From Rotaria socialis (Eukaryota), in the NCBI GenBank assembly GCA_905331485.1, contig CAJNYT010005627.1, positions 7,686-38,026 on the forward strand: 30,341 bases of DNA, given 5' to 3'. The notes beneath the pieces were generated by a model. It saw nothing but the letters and a program-made list of their open reading frames with translations. It did not search any database and had not been told where the DNA came from. The stretch's first letter is position 1; every line of letters begins with the position of its first letter. The translations under genes were made by a program, and so were the position numbers. This document shows positions 10,301-20,395 of this stretch, piece after piece.

Positions 10301-11180
10301 TTTCCCCCACTGTATTCAAATCACTTGAACCTTTCTTCCGTAGGTAAATGGTCATGGGTGTGGAAATCACGATTTGTTGCTCCGTTTGAACATGTTTGCT
10401 GAGAAAATTCTTCATTTCGAGCACGATCGTGTCGACATGTTCTCGAAATCCTTTCACTTGCACACACCAGGAACCTTTCTTCGGAAAAATTAAGACATAC
10501 ACGTGGCAATTCTTCCTCGATTGAACAAAATCGTTAAAATAATTTCGAATATGATTTTGTCGATCACGATTCGTCCGAAAATTTTGTGTCTTTAGAATGA
10601 ATGAAACTTCATCTTGTGTTAACAGGAAAGAGTCTGTAATCAACAAATAATTACGAAATTCATTGATGGCTTCCGACAACAACTCTGACGAGTCGCTGCA
10701 CAACGTCACTTGCACGTGATTTCCGCCGCGTTTCACATTCGAAGGGAGGCCTTTGTCATCATGGTCAGATTCATTTTCGTCTTCATCACGCTCACAAATC
10801 GGCTTTGCAATCACGATTTCAGCGTTCTTCACTATTTCACGATAAGAAATTCCTACGCGATATTTATTCAAACACGCGTTTGTTAAAGGTCCTTTGAATT
10901 TCAAGTTCAAATATTTCGCCAATGCTGCAGTAATATCAGCGGTCTGCTGATTAAGCGATGATTCTAGATAAGTTTTCATGGTTCGAGTTGATTGAGCTCG
11001 TCCATATAATTCCAATTTACCAGTAAGTATATTGACTCTCTCGATACCTGATTCTTCGCGAATTCTTTTGAGAATTCGTTCACCGAAAAACTGGAGGAAA
11101 TTTTGTTGGGCATCAGTCAATTTAATGATCTCTGTTGATTTTCGATCAGCTGGATTGGGACCGATGGATTCGTTGTACAC
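7326..11180 (-). CDS. Macrodomain + WWE-like + PARP/ART catalytic domain protein (PARP14-like), large 3' exon
   Basis: Macrodomain: IIVEIGDITKVEHVDAIVNGANGSLKHAGGVAKAIAKAAG...IPVGRAVKTTAGNLPFKCVIHAISP...VALPAIGSKINGFP. WWE-like: VKWCWQDKSGERMYNEDDTRQIENAF...YELHFNRDKKKIVIED. PARP: MELFHGTKNAP...GMWGIGTYFAQNASYSCDLY...QVFLAQVLTGHVY...KVYIVYENRVAYPTYLITF*. The 5' edge is TTTTTTTACAG|TGTACAAC, an acceptor-like site, so the listed GTG is probably not the true start. Confidence 0.88.
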   Translation of the reverse strand: MYNESIGPNPADRKSTEIIKLTDAQQNFLQFFGERILKRIREESGIERVNILTGKLELYGRAQSTRTMKTYLESSLNQQTADITAALAKYLNLKFKGPLTNACLNKYRVGISYREIVKNAEIVIAKPICERDEDENESDHDDKGLPSNVKRGGNHVQVTLCSDSSELLSEAINEFRNYLLITDSFLLTQDEVSFILKTQNFRTNRDRQNHIRNYFNDFVQSRKNCHVYVLIFPKKGSWCVQVKGFREHVDTIVLEMKNFLSKHVQTEQQIVISTPMTIYLRKKGSSDLNTVGETLGIRIQPFSLDRFKSDEQDDKNSYLKLTGSISRVNDARNAVVTFLENLCEQERQYPCCPSWYIATKIERKVRAHLRNLLDSKDCSAVGWLKNYSRTVRLETQPENTLTVVGFNEDATSNVFQQCENLIGEFLVWTPSDGEFDMIFQRLIVRKSPSLKEFENEWDANIQLKRDPNSIIIWARSKMLVAEIQTAMLTLANKQPVRQKRRSEFIRIPKNIRRFIDEDTKSLIDEARAQEVFLESRGGEVLIFRGPLDHVIKLKEKIDNIIKRVQEQVVERRLRFALVESYFLRANNYKVALRMEEETNTVIRYINVDSNDEKTNFVKIIFQNIRGQTIIVEIGDITKVEHVDAIVNGANGSLKHAGGVAKAIAKAAGPALDQECKELISNNGDLPIPVGRAVKTTAGNLPFKCVIHAISPHYSDGYQNKHPLLFASVLSALEVAESESCSSVALPAIGSKINGFPLVVCANVVVRAMKQFFANYPRSKLRNIVLIDVDKAVSTAFEYEIRVDHRTPHLNNDDDDMMNCQAAPSTVKWCWQDKSGERMYNEDDTRQIENAFLRFRNSEIPNVPNNVPHSTIWNIFGKKDACDTCHAECFIENVKLRCDNLMSATLIGYELHFNRDKKKIVIEDPAALKNSFVVGYQLRKDTGKKCDIIRHPVQQQERTAPVVMSQNPLDLFYCVSEIGGGEWNLFGLCHQSVQEAEDKIRLAIEEVKVSETVSVKLDTNLDQHKSKIAEIGYQQRIQIEFEPESTEQLSMILKGLRGGVAEAKFKIFDYAQNILRMQIGNDEDLRLPSEWIDQQEECRLVEIDRNDPNFMRIETRMKETMPNIEVHKMERVQNPRMWNHYAFCHRNLRNELRSMPDLQVEMELFHGTKNAPPSEIYLGEYEFDMTFCESGMWGIGTYFAQNASYSCDLYAHLLSNGKRQVFLAQVLTGHVYDCQYDRTLRRPPKKNENIDGRRYNSVSGDTKGSKVYIVYENRVAYPTYLITFS

Positions 11181-11372
11181 TGTAAAAAAAGAGTAGAATA
11201 ATAAACCCTTGCACTATCTATCAATTCTCAAATAACCTTCCAGGGTTTAGGAAAGTAGCATAAACCCTTAAAGGTTTCATGACCTCGGGGATTAACGACA
11301 AGGGTTTAGTATTTTACGGATAAGGGCATATTATTCTACACTTTTGATAAAAGGGTTTATTAGGGTGTGGGT
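11181..11372 (-). repeat. Degenerate ACCCTT / AAGGGTTTATT array, copy B
   Basis: + strand gtaaaaaaagagtagaataataaacccttgcactatctatcaattctcaaataacc aligns to the reverse complement of copy A, gtaaaaaaaagcgtagactaataaacgcttgccctatctataaatattcataaacc. Confidence 0.78.
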
Positions 11373-11452
11373 GTGGGTATGGATGTTGGGGTGGGGTGGC
11401 TGAAGGTGTTGTTTTCATTCTTATCGTCCACGACACCCACACCCACACCTTT
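11366..11452. repeat. Telomeric-type tract plus inverted partner
   Basis: ttagggtgtgggtgtgggtatggatgttggggtgggg ... gacacccacacccacacctt. Confidence 0.75.
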
Positions 11453-11520
11453 ATTATCACACGTTTCCATTCGCTCTTTTTAAACTTTATTGAAAGGTCA
11501 AAAATACCTACTCGTTTCTA

Positions 11521-13930
11521 AGGAGGGGCGCATAAGGACGCGAATCGGCCCGTTTTTATTTTGCCTTTGAAGACATTGAAAACATACACAGAGCCACTCA
11601 AAAAAACGCGCTGATTATTTCTACGTCGAAAATTACACGTTCCATAAACATTTCATACACCAAATATATAGCGTGACTTAATAGGGGATTTGTATAGAAA
11701 TCCAAAATGAGAGCGCATATTATCGCAAAGAAAAAAATCTTCCAAAGGCTTCAAAAGCCATCTCATTCGATGGAGCTTGAAAAGCTGTATAAAATGGTAA
11801 TATTTCCAAATAAAAAAAAACGATGACTAACGTGTGAGCACGAGGTCAAGATTGTGGAAAATCCATCGAAATTCCTAAATGTCGTTTTTCTGACAGTATA
11901 ATTGTATAGGATTAGTTTTCTGCTTCAAGATGGTTTATATCTCATTTGATGGCACTTGAAAAGGTGTACAAAATGGTGTTGTTTTTGGTCAAAAGCATTA
12001 GTGAGACTATCGAACACCTAGTTAAAAAGTGAATAATTATTATAGTCCTGCATTGATGGCAACCCGTTATACTGATGTGACTTTTATGTACAACATATTG
12101 ATAACTTCACGGATTCCGTTTCTTTTTCTTCTTGCATTTCTTTCTTCTCATTTTGCATCTCCTGATCTTCCGCAACGATATCAGTATCGGGTTCTATCAG
12201 CTTATGGAAGAAGTAGATTCAGGAAAACCATCAGACAGAGAAATTTACGCTAGACATTTCATTCTCTTTAGGGTCCATTTTAATATATCGGCACATCAAG
12301 ATGATCGATTTTATTTTGCATAGCTTTTCGCCGTAGATCAGACTATCCTTCACAGGGCTTCGCAAATAGAGTCGTTAGGATCGAGGTGCCTTCCGGAGTA
12401 TGCAGCCACATATGTTCACAATAGCCGGAATCTACCTACCGCATACTTGTCACTACCATGATTGATTTGTACCATGCACTGAAAAAATCGATAACGCCCT
12501 TCATGTGGCATTACAAAAGAAATAAGATCAATGTATCGATGAAATATACAAATGTACCACTGCATCTGGATTTACTTCAGATGTGCGTGTCGTTCACCGC
12601 GTGAACACCACTGGTGATAACTACGGGACCGCTCAAGACACTAGTGGTCACCGCATAAATGACAGTGCCGATGAGCACATGGACGACAAGGTGCATGGAC
12701 GCGTGGATATTTGCATGATTAACAAAACTGCGAATGTACATAAGCACGAAATATATTCCATCTGTCGTCAATAGATCCTTGAAGGCATGAAAAGCTCTCC
12801 AAATGTAGCTCGTTGTTTTACAACGAACGCATTTGAATATATCTATGACACATTAAAATTTTTAGATGGGCCGCAGCATTACCAACAGGATATTTAACAG
12901 AAGACCGTCTTTTTTTAAACTATATTGCAATCGGTAAGGTTTATCACAAAACGAAACTAATGTGAAGCAACGAGCCTGAATGCCTTGCTAAAGTAAGCAA
13001 GCGTTCCAACAGTCTCTAATCTTTCCAGACCATACCCAAAAAGCATTCATTCCTTCCTTTCTGGTAACCATACATACAGAAGGATGTAAACTGTTTTGCC
13101 CTAAGGAAACAGCCTCCTGAACTTATGCCCGAAATATAACATGCACAGTGTGACAATTCCACACAGCCTATCTCAATCAACTTCCCTCCCATGTTACAAT
13201 ATCCTAGACAACTCAGTGGAGAAAATTTAGAGGCATTTTTCTGCACTATTGCCTCTTAAGGCTCACCATCACCCACCCTTTTTCAACCTGAAAATATTAC
13301 TATTTGTACAGCTTTCAAACTCTATTGAATGCGAAATAAACCATCATGAATCAGAAAGCTCATTCTTTACAAGGTTATTGGCAAAAAATCAAGATTTAAG
13401 GAATTTTCGTGGATTTCTCACAATATTGGAGTCCTGGTCACGCACTGGCCATCGTTTTTTCGATTTAGAAATATTACCATTTTGTACAGCTTTTCAAGCT
13501 CTATCGAGTGAGATACAAACCATCTTGAAGCAAGTAACTAAGCTTATACAAGTATAGTGGAAGAAAACCTGGATTCTAGGTATTTTAGTTGGGTTTTTCA
13601 CAATATTGACCCTATGATTCACACTGGCCATCGTTTTTTTTTATTTGGAAATATTACCATTTTATACAGCTTTTCAAGCTCCATCGAATGAGATGGCTTT
13701 CGAAGCCTTTGGAAGATTTTTTCTTTCCGATAATATGCGCTCTCATTTTGGATTTCTATACAAATCCCCTATTAAGTCACGCTATATATTTGGTGTATGA
13801 AATGTTTAGGCAACGTTTAATTCTCGACGTAGAAATAATCAGCGCATTTTTTCGAGTGGCTCTGTGCATGTTTTCAATGTCTTCAAAGGCAAAACTAAAA
13901 TGGACCGATTCGCGTCTTTATGCGCCCCCT
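11521..13930. mobile_element. ~2.4-kb DNA-transposon-like element with long (>=300 bp) terminal inverted repeats, no recognised transposase
   Basis: Left AAGGAGGGGCGCATAAGGACGCGAATCGG...TTTTGCCTTTGAAGACATTGAAAACATACACAGAGCCACTC...TATATAGCGTGACTTAATAGGGGATTTGTATAGAAATCCAAAATGAGAGCGCATATTATCG recurs reverse-complemented at about 13633-13930. Confidence 0.82.
13278..13705 (+). repeat. Two and a part ~180-bp tandem units inside the 2.4-kb element
   Basis: gaaatattaccatttTgtacagcttttcaagctctatcgaatgagat recurs near 13288, 13466 and 13656, with ttttcacaatattg...cactggccatcg between units. Confidence 0.65.
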
Positions 13931-14392
13931 TCGTTTATTTTTTGTGAAACACGACCTAAAGAGAATATTGAAGTATACAGGGTAGAAATTTGCCCCCCCC
14001 TCACAAACCGTGACAGATGAATTTACTTATTAATGAAATAATAGTGTACTTAATTAATTAATAATTAATATGTCCCTAGAAAATCGCTGAAGACCCATCC
14101 TAGCCGGTGTCAGACGGCTTCTAAAGGCATCGCAGACCGTGAAAGACAAAGTTCCCGGGAGTCACAGACTGTGAAAGGCAGGTTCCGGACGCGACATTCA
14201 ATGTGGTCGATTTTTTATATAGAGTTAGTGAGTATATCTCACTAATATTTTATGACAATACATTAGATATTTTTATGGCACCTTTAGTACTTAGATAAAA
14301 TATGATGAGTCAATGGGTATCGAGGTTCATGTATAAAAACAAGGTCTGCATGAATGTTGAGAGCAACTTCATCGTGTTTCAGATTTTTAATC

Positions 14393-14816
14393 TCAGGGGG
14401 ATTGCGCTAACAGCTTTTTTTCTTTCGAATTAATTATTGGCTTGTCATTGCCTGAGAAATTCGCTTGAGACTCAGGACTGTCATTCATCTGGCTTGCTAC
14501 TAAAGTATCATTTAAATTAGCAGAAGCCTGGTTAAGGTTGTTATCATCATCGGGAAGGTTTATGCGATTGATTACTTCGTCTCTTGTATCCAATAAACTT
14601 GGCTGCATCGGGTCGAAATCATTTGTCACCGTCGAAGGAACTTCAGCCAGTAGACCGACACTATGCTTGTCTTTCTCGTGCTGAGCTCTGCTAGCATTGG
14701 TGGGAAACGTCTTGGTGCACCTGGAGCACCTAAAGAGATCCTGAGTTTCGACAACCGTATTTTGATTCTTTCCAATATCTCTTGTGTCCGTCAGAGCAAT
14801 AGCTTGCTTGTCCTCT
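14393..14816 (-). CDS. C2H2 zinc-finger containing terminal exon of a host gene
   Basis: Minus frame EDKQAIALTDTRDIGKNQNTVVETQDLFRCSRCTKTFPTNASRAQHEKDKHSVGLLAEVPSTVTNDFDPMQPSLL... contains C-x2-C-x12-H-x4-H; acceptor CTTTTTAG|AGAGGAC at its 5' edge. Confidence 0.6.
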
Positions 14817-17123
14817 CTAAAAAGAAATTAGGTTGACAGATTCCTTTGAATAGCTACTTTTTTCTGAACCCTCTTTATGGATGTTTTACTGTGGATCTGG
14901 AACCTTTTCTTACAAAATGAAGTCTTACTTGTTCGTTTCTGAAAGTCTATGACATAAAATATCTGCAGGCACTAATACATGCTAATCAAATTATATGTCG
15001 CACGTTCTTGTACAAAATTGTCCCCGATCAGAGATTGGGCACGTACAAAGAGGAATTCATTTTGATTAAAAGTTGTGCCTGAAACTTTTAATTAAGTAAA
15101 GTTGGCTCACGTTCACGTGTACTCAGTAGCAGTAGTAAGTACATTTGTACGTAGATAAGCGTCTGGATCTGGATGTGGCCGGCATATGAATATTGATGAA
15201 CTAGATGAGTCATATAAGTATTTTTTCTCTCACTCATACGTCACGTCTGCAGATACAGGGAGTACGTCTGAGGATGCTAGCAGTATTCCTGGGATTGCTA
15301 CTCACATTCCTCTAGTATTTCTGAATATGCTATTCGCGTTCTTGAGGATACTACTGGTATTCATAAGGATACTACTTGGGCGTCTGAGTATGCATCTGGC
15401 ATCCTAGAGTTGCAAAAAATCGTAAAATTCTCTAGAAAGCTGATTCGCGGAACAGTTCATGATTAGGAGAGCTGAAATTGTCACCTAGGAAGTACAGATA
15501 AAAATAAAAAATTCAAGAAAACATTTCATCAAATAATATTTACTTGAATAGTCATAGTGGGAAAAGAGAAATAAACAAATAGCAACGATATTCGCGTACA
15601 TTGGTGCTAAGTATCAGTACTGAAGTAAATAAAAATTTGAATTTCTCTTCATGGATTCCACTATTAAACGAGCAGTGCTAGTCCGCAGGATTCGCAAGAC
15701 CCTAGTCTGAATTCACTATCGTATTCATTTTTTTACCGCTACCTCTTTTCTACTTTGAGAATTGTTTCTAAATTCACGCAGATACAAATCAGAGAGCGAA
15801 TCGAACCGACTTTTTCTGGTTCGAGTTCGGTTCGGTTCATTTTCTAGCTCTCATTTTAGGTGTTATACAAAACCAGGAAACACAGTAAATTCCTCTTTAT
15901 CATGTAGTTTTGGGATAAGAAAGCCCTACTCATTGCCTTTCAGCATGCTGATTAAACATGTTTGACATGACTTGGAGCAACTTTATTATTTTTAATAATA
16001 ATTGAACGGAATTCGAAATATGATCTTATAATGAAACTGTGAAAGAGATTGTGCTGATGAAATTTCAATGTAGAAATGACAAATCTAGTAGTCAATTGAC
16101 GACATATTAAAATGAATCGCAGAATTGAACAACTTATTAGCATATTAATATATGATAACTACGGGATATGATTAAAGAGAAAATAGCAACAGGTTAACTA
16201 CTTCACGAGTGATAGTGTGTTGTTAATTAGATCAGCATGTGTTTGTTCTTTGAAGAAAATAATAACGAAGAAAAAATATGAATTAGAGAATTAAACCGCT
16301 TATAAATGATTGATCCTTATGAACAGAATTAGTGTCATTGTGTTACGAGAAGACAGCTTTACACGGATATAAAACTAGGCGTGTGAAAAAATGATCCCAC
16401 GCCGTTTTATCATTGTGCGCAGCAACACAATTAAAAAAACGATCGTTTAATCAATCACTTCTACGTTTGTATAAAGTCACTAGTTTTTCTAAAATTAGTT
16501 CTCGTTCGATTCATTTCGACATTAATTATCAAGAAATGATTCGGATTCGGTTCGGATCGATTCTAACCGAACCGAACCGTTTCAGTTCGGTTCGTTTTCT
16601 CTCTCCGATACAAATATTTGTTTATAATATTGTTAATGGCTTCTATATTGTAGAGCATCTCAATTATTCTAGTTTCGGTCGACATTTCCTGAAATGAACT
16701 TTAGCATGCAGCTCCTATTAGGGGTCACGATCGAATTAAACCTACATTTCAGTCTCTTAAAGAGTGTCTGACCTGCCTTCGACGAAAATTTTCACTTTCA
16801 TCAAAAATAATCTTTATTTCGAGATCCTACAATTTCACCTTGAATCTCACCATGTCGCTAAAGGTACAGTCTAGGACAAAAGTGTAAGTGAAATTGATTT
16901 TTGAATATTTTTTTTCAAATATTTTTTTCTGTAGTTTTCTTTCATATTATTAGGCGTAGGTTTGATTCAAATGGTTATACAGATAGTATGAGGGCTTAGC
17001 TACATCATGTATTAAAGAACAACATTCTATCTCTTGGTACATCTAAACAATTTAGTAAATTTTAATTTAAAATTTTAATTTAATTTAACTTAAAATTTTC
17101 ATAAGTTAAATTTTATTTAAATT

Positions 17124-17420
17124 AAAGGAGGGAGGCGAATAAGGCCACTTTCTCGCCCCCAATATTTTTGCGTAAAAGTCGTATATTCGGAATCAGCATA
17201 AAATTCTGAATCGAATGGTGTAGTTTTCACAAGAATTTGTCGAAAAAACTTTTCAACATTCTTGAGGGGTCGTAGAGGCAAAAAATGCCAACAAAAAAAG
17301 TCATTTTCCAGAAAATAAAAATACCTCATCTTGGTCAGAATTTTATGCTGATTCCGAATATACGACTTTTATGCAAAAATATTGGGGGCGAGAAAATGGC
17401 CTTATTCGCCTCCCTCCTTT
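17124..17420. mobile_element. MITE-like element, ~297 bp with 86-bp TIRs
   Basis: 17124-17209 aaaggagggaggcgaataaggccactttctcgcccccaatatttttgcgtaaaagtcgtatattcggaatcagcataaaattctga is repeated inverted at 17335-17420 with very few differences. Confidence 0.88.
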
Positions 17421-17635
17421 TCATATCAGAAAAATTTAAATTTATGTTAAATTCAAATTAAATTTCCTCCAATTTAAATTTTAATTAAATAAACTGTAAA
17501 TTGACACCCCTATTAGGCAGCATATGCAAGTTCTATATTTCAGTCCCATAGACCTGTACTAACATGATTTATTACTGACTTAAGTAGTACGTATTCAGTT
17601 TTACTAGACATAAAAACTTTGTAAACAGCATTTTT

Positions 17636-18195
17636 TTAAACATACCTCTTTGCATTTTTGTTTTCTTTCTTGAACTTAGCAGGTGAAGCTTCCCTAACTC
17701 TTGCGTTATTGATCGCTTTACGACATCTCTCGACGAATATATGAAAAGGATAAGCTTCGTTAGCTGTCTTCAAGAGCTTCTCGTTCGCTAGTGGATTGTA
17801 GATGAGAATGATATAATGTGGAGAGGAGAAACGAAGCGCGTTTACATGGTTAATGAAGTCGATGTCTCCAGTTAAAAGCACTATTGTAGCTGGGCTCTCT
17901 TGTTTTTCTTTGAATTGCTGCAGATCCTTCTTAATGCGTTCGTCTGCTTCTCCCCTCTTTATATTTAGTATATGTATAATATCCACATTGGCATGTTGAA
18001 GGTCTATTTGATGCTGTCGTGATAGACAGCGGGTGTTGCAGTAAGCTCTGAAGTCACTCCCCACTAGCCTTCGGTCTTCAATTAGCCGTTTCCGTAACTC
18101 CATGACAATATCAAAGGCCGTTTCTCCAGCAGGAATGGCCACATTCTCGATATCCCAATATACACTTACTGGCCCGGTGGGTTGATCGACAGGTC
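17636..18195 (-). CDS. NYN (PIN-like) domain exon
   Basis: GPVDQPTGPVSVYWDIENVAIPAG...VDIIHILNIKRGEADERIKKDLQQF...ATIVLLTGDIDFINHVNALRF; acceptor CTCTTACAG|GACC at the 5' edge. Confidence 0.78.
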
Positions 18196-19117
18196 CTGTA
18201 AGAGAAGGCACAAATTAGTCGATCCAAGTGTTGACAGAGATCGACTATGAATCCTACAAAAGTATTTAATGCGATTCGAACTTATTTCAGGGTTTTTGAG
18301 TCAGTCGGTTCACGAATCGAACGATTTTCTCAAAAACAGAATTGATGATTTTCAGCGAAAGGTTTTTGTGATATAATTTGCTATGGCCTTAGGTTATTTA
18401 ACCTCTGACGAAATACCTCCTATCGTGTATTTATTTAATTGTAAACGGTCCTGGGACAAATGACTCTGCAATTCTTGAAAATGAGTCAAATCTGTGTAGT
18501 GAAACTTTCTAATCAAATGATTCTTTAGATTATCCGTAAGAATATCTAAAAAGATCCTAACATGGGCGATTCTGATAAGATTCTAAAAACAATTAAACAT
18601 ATATCAATATCTTTCTGCTCCCTAAATGCAAACTGATTCGAAGCGGAAACACCTCCATGGATAACGCAGTGGTACCAAGCCTGAAACTTGAATTCACTTG
18701 AATTTACAATTTTCAAGCTAAAAACATGGAAGAACTCACATATCGCCAGCAATATGTTGTGAGTTATTCCAAAGCAGTAATATCGAGCAAGATGTAACAC
18801 GTGTTTCTTATAGCGGTATCTATGTCGAGAGAGGTTTCGTGTATATTTCTGTGGTTGAAACACTACAACTCCAACTTTCAATATTCACTTGAATTCAAGT
18901 TTCAAGTTTTACATATTAGAACTTCTTTTAAAAGTTTCATTCGCTCGTCCATATGCAAGAAGAGGTTCGACTCAAGAACAAAGTATTTTCTCGTTTTTTG
19001 GCCACTTTACTTTTTGCAGCCATCTTTCTTAGAAAAAGGAGCATTCACTGCACACGCTAAATTGAAACTCATTAGAAAATGGTGAGGATACTTTTCTATA
19101 CGCTCTCTGCCATCACT

Positions 19118-19371
19118 AGGGGTATGACAGTTCAGTTTTAGTTCTATTCAAAAGAACTGTTCAGACAGTACACAGGATCTGATCTGAACTGTTTGAACAG
19201 ATCAGATCAGATCAAAAGAACTGTTCGAGCTGATCAGATCAGATCTAAGAACTGTTAGGATCTACACTGGGATGATGTCTGTATCGGTATAGGCATCTCT
19301 TATGGGATCTGTTCGAACAGTTCTTTCGCTCATTTGATCTGAACTTAGATCTGAGAACTGCCATACCCCTA
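19118..19371. mobile_element. Small TIR element with GATCAGATCAGATC-rich interior
   Basis: Ends aggggtatgacagttcag / ctgagaactgccatacccct are inverse complements; interior has repeated (GATCA)n and (A)GAACTGTT. Confidence 0.6.
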
Positions 19372-20212
19372 TTCATCACGATCAGCAAAACTTATCAAAG
19401 CTCTTAAAAATAAAAGAACTTCGCTACTTTTCTAGGTAAAAATATGACTTACAGTTGGTAATTTGTTTTTGAACTCTTTCAATCTCATGGAACTCACTAG
19501 GTATGCATGAATTTTCCCTCAAATATGCGTCGCAGTTCGCGATATACTGCGTCTACACGAACTTTCAATGATTTCTCTAGCGTATAGTCGTCTGGCTTTG
19601 TGTCCCTCACAGCATGATAAGTGCATAAATACTAAAGTAATTAGTTATGAAATGCTAGTAGGACTAAACCACATGTGCTTTTATGAATTTGTTGGAAGCT
19701 ATCAAGTTGAGTTACATTGTTGCACACAAATGATTTATTCATAGAAGTTCGTATTATGAAATTTCTTTTTCCAAAAGTTGTTTTTTGGAATAGAAACCAA
19801 TTTTTCACAAAAAAATTATTTTTTTAATGAAAAAATTAGTTTACAGTGGAAAAATTATTTTATTACTAATAAAACAACTTTCAGCGAAAACATAATTCTC
19901 CTGGCTAAAAATAATTCCGTGAAAAAATGCACTGCATCAACAAGTGAAATACTTAAGTGATGACGACGGAACAACTGCTCTCTCAGGCTCCTATGAGCTC
20001 TCTTGAAACTGACATGAGTGGCATAAGGTAGATCCTAGACCTATGGAATTTTCACTATAGGGTTACAAATAATACATATTTCTAAAATCTCATAATAATT
20101 TGCGGGATGTCAATCAAATTAGTTCCAAACAATCATTGTACATGAGACTTCCGACTTTCATGCAAGCCCGAGCACTATGAATAATATATATGTTTCTGTT
20201 ACAAATACTCAC

Positions 20213-20270
20213 TAGAGTCTGGCAGTGTTGGCTCTGCTGGTAGCGGCCCAGGTTCCAATCCTGGTGTTAC
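20213..20270 (+). pseudogene. tRNA-like fragment (A-box-like and B-box present, anticodon arm missing)
   Basis: ggctctgctggtagcggc followed by ccagGTTCCAATCctgg, a perfect 5-bp T-stem; only about 10 nt separate the D-arm-like and T-arm parts. Confidence 0.4.
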
Positions 20271-20395
20271 ATGAGTAGTTTTCATTTCCCACGTCTTCAC
20301 TGAAAGGCGAGCATTACTTAACGCTGGCGTACATTTTTCTAAGACATACACGATAATTATATTATGTTCATGAACTCAGATTAATTCGGGCTTAC

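Noticed and set aside
7349-10509. Numerous 60-105 aa ORFs overlapping or antisense to the PARP gene (7349-7666, 8711-8926, 9162-9407, 10027-10230, 10321-10509)
   Set aside because: They are shadow ORFs of a long, domain-rich coding exon and have no recognisable motifs.
7326-11180. Bacterial-style macrodomain/ADP-ribosyltransferase toxin-antitoxin or defence cassette
   Set aside because: Spliced neighbours, WWE/PARP14-like architecture and telomeric repeats indicate a eukaryotic genome.
12029-14020. ORFs inside the 2.4-kb TIR element (for example 13249..13557, 13688..14020) as a transposase
   Set aside because: They read through the tandem units and TIR itself; no catalytic motif, low-complexity composition.
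14223-14243. ttagtgag-tatat-ctcactaa hairpin as a terminator
   Set aside because: A short AT-rich palindrome in a eukaryotic intergenic region; no functional context.
16070-16110. ctgatgaaatttcaatgtagaaa on the + strand as a hammerhead
   Set aside because: No stem II pairing between the core boxes and no matching stem I.
20213-20286. Functional tRNA gene
   Set aside because: Anticodon arm absent and the 5' acceptor strand complementary to tgttaca is missing.
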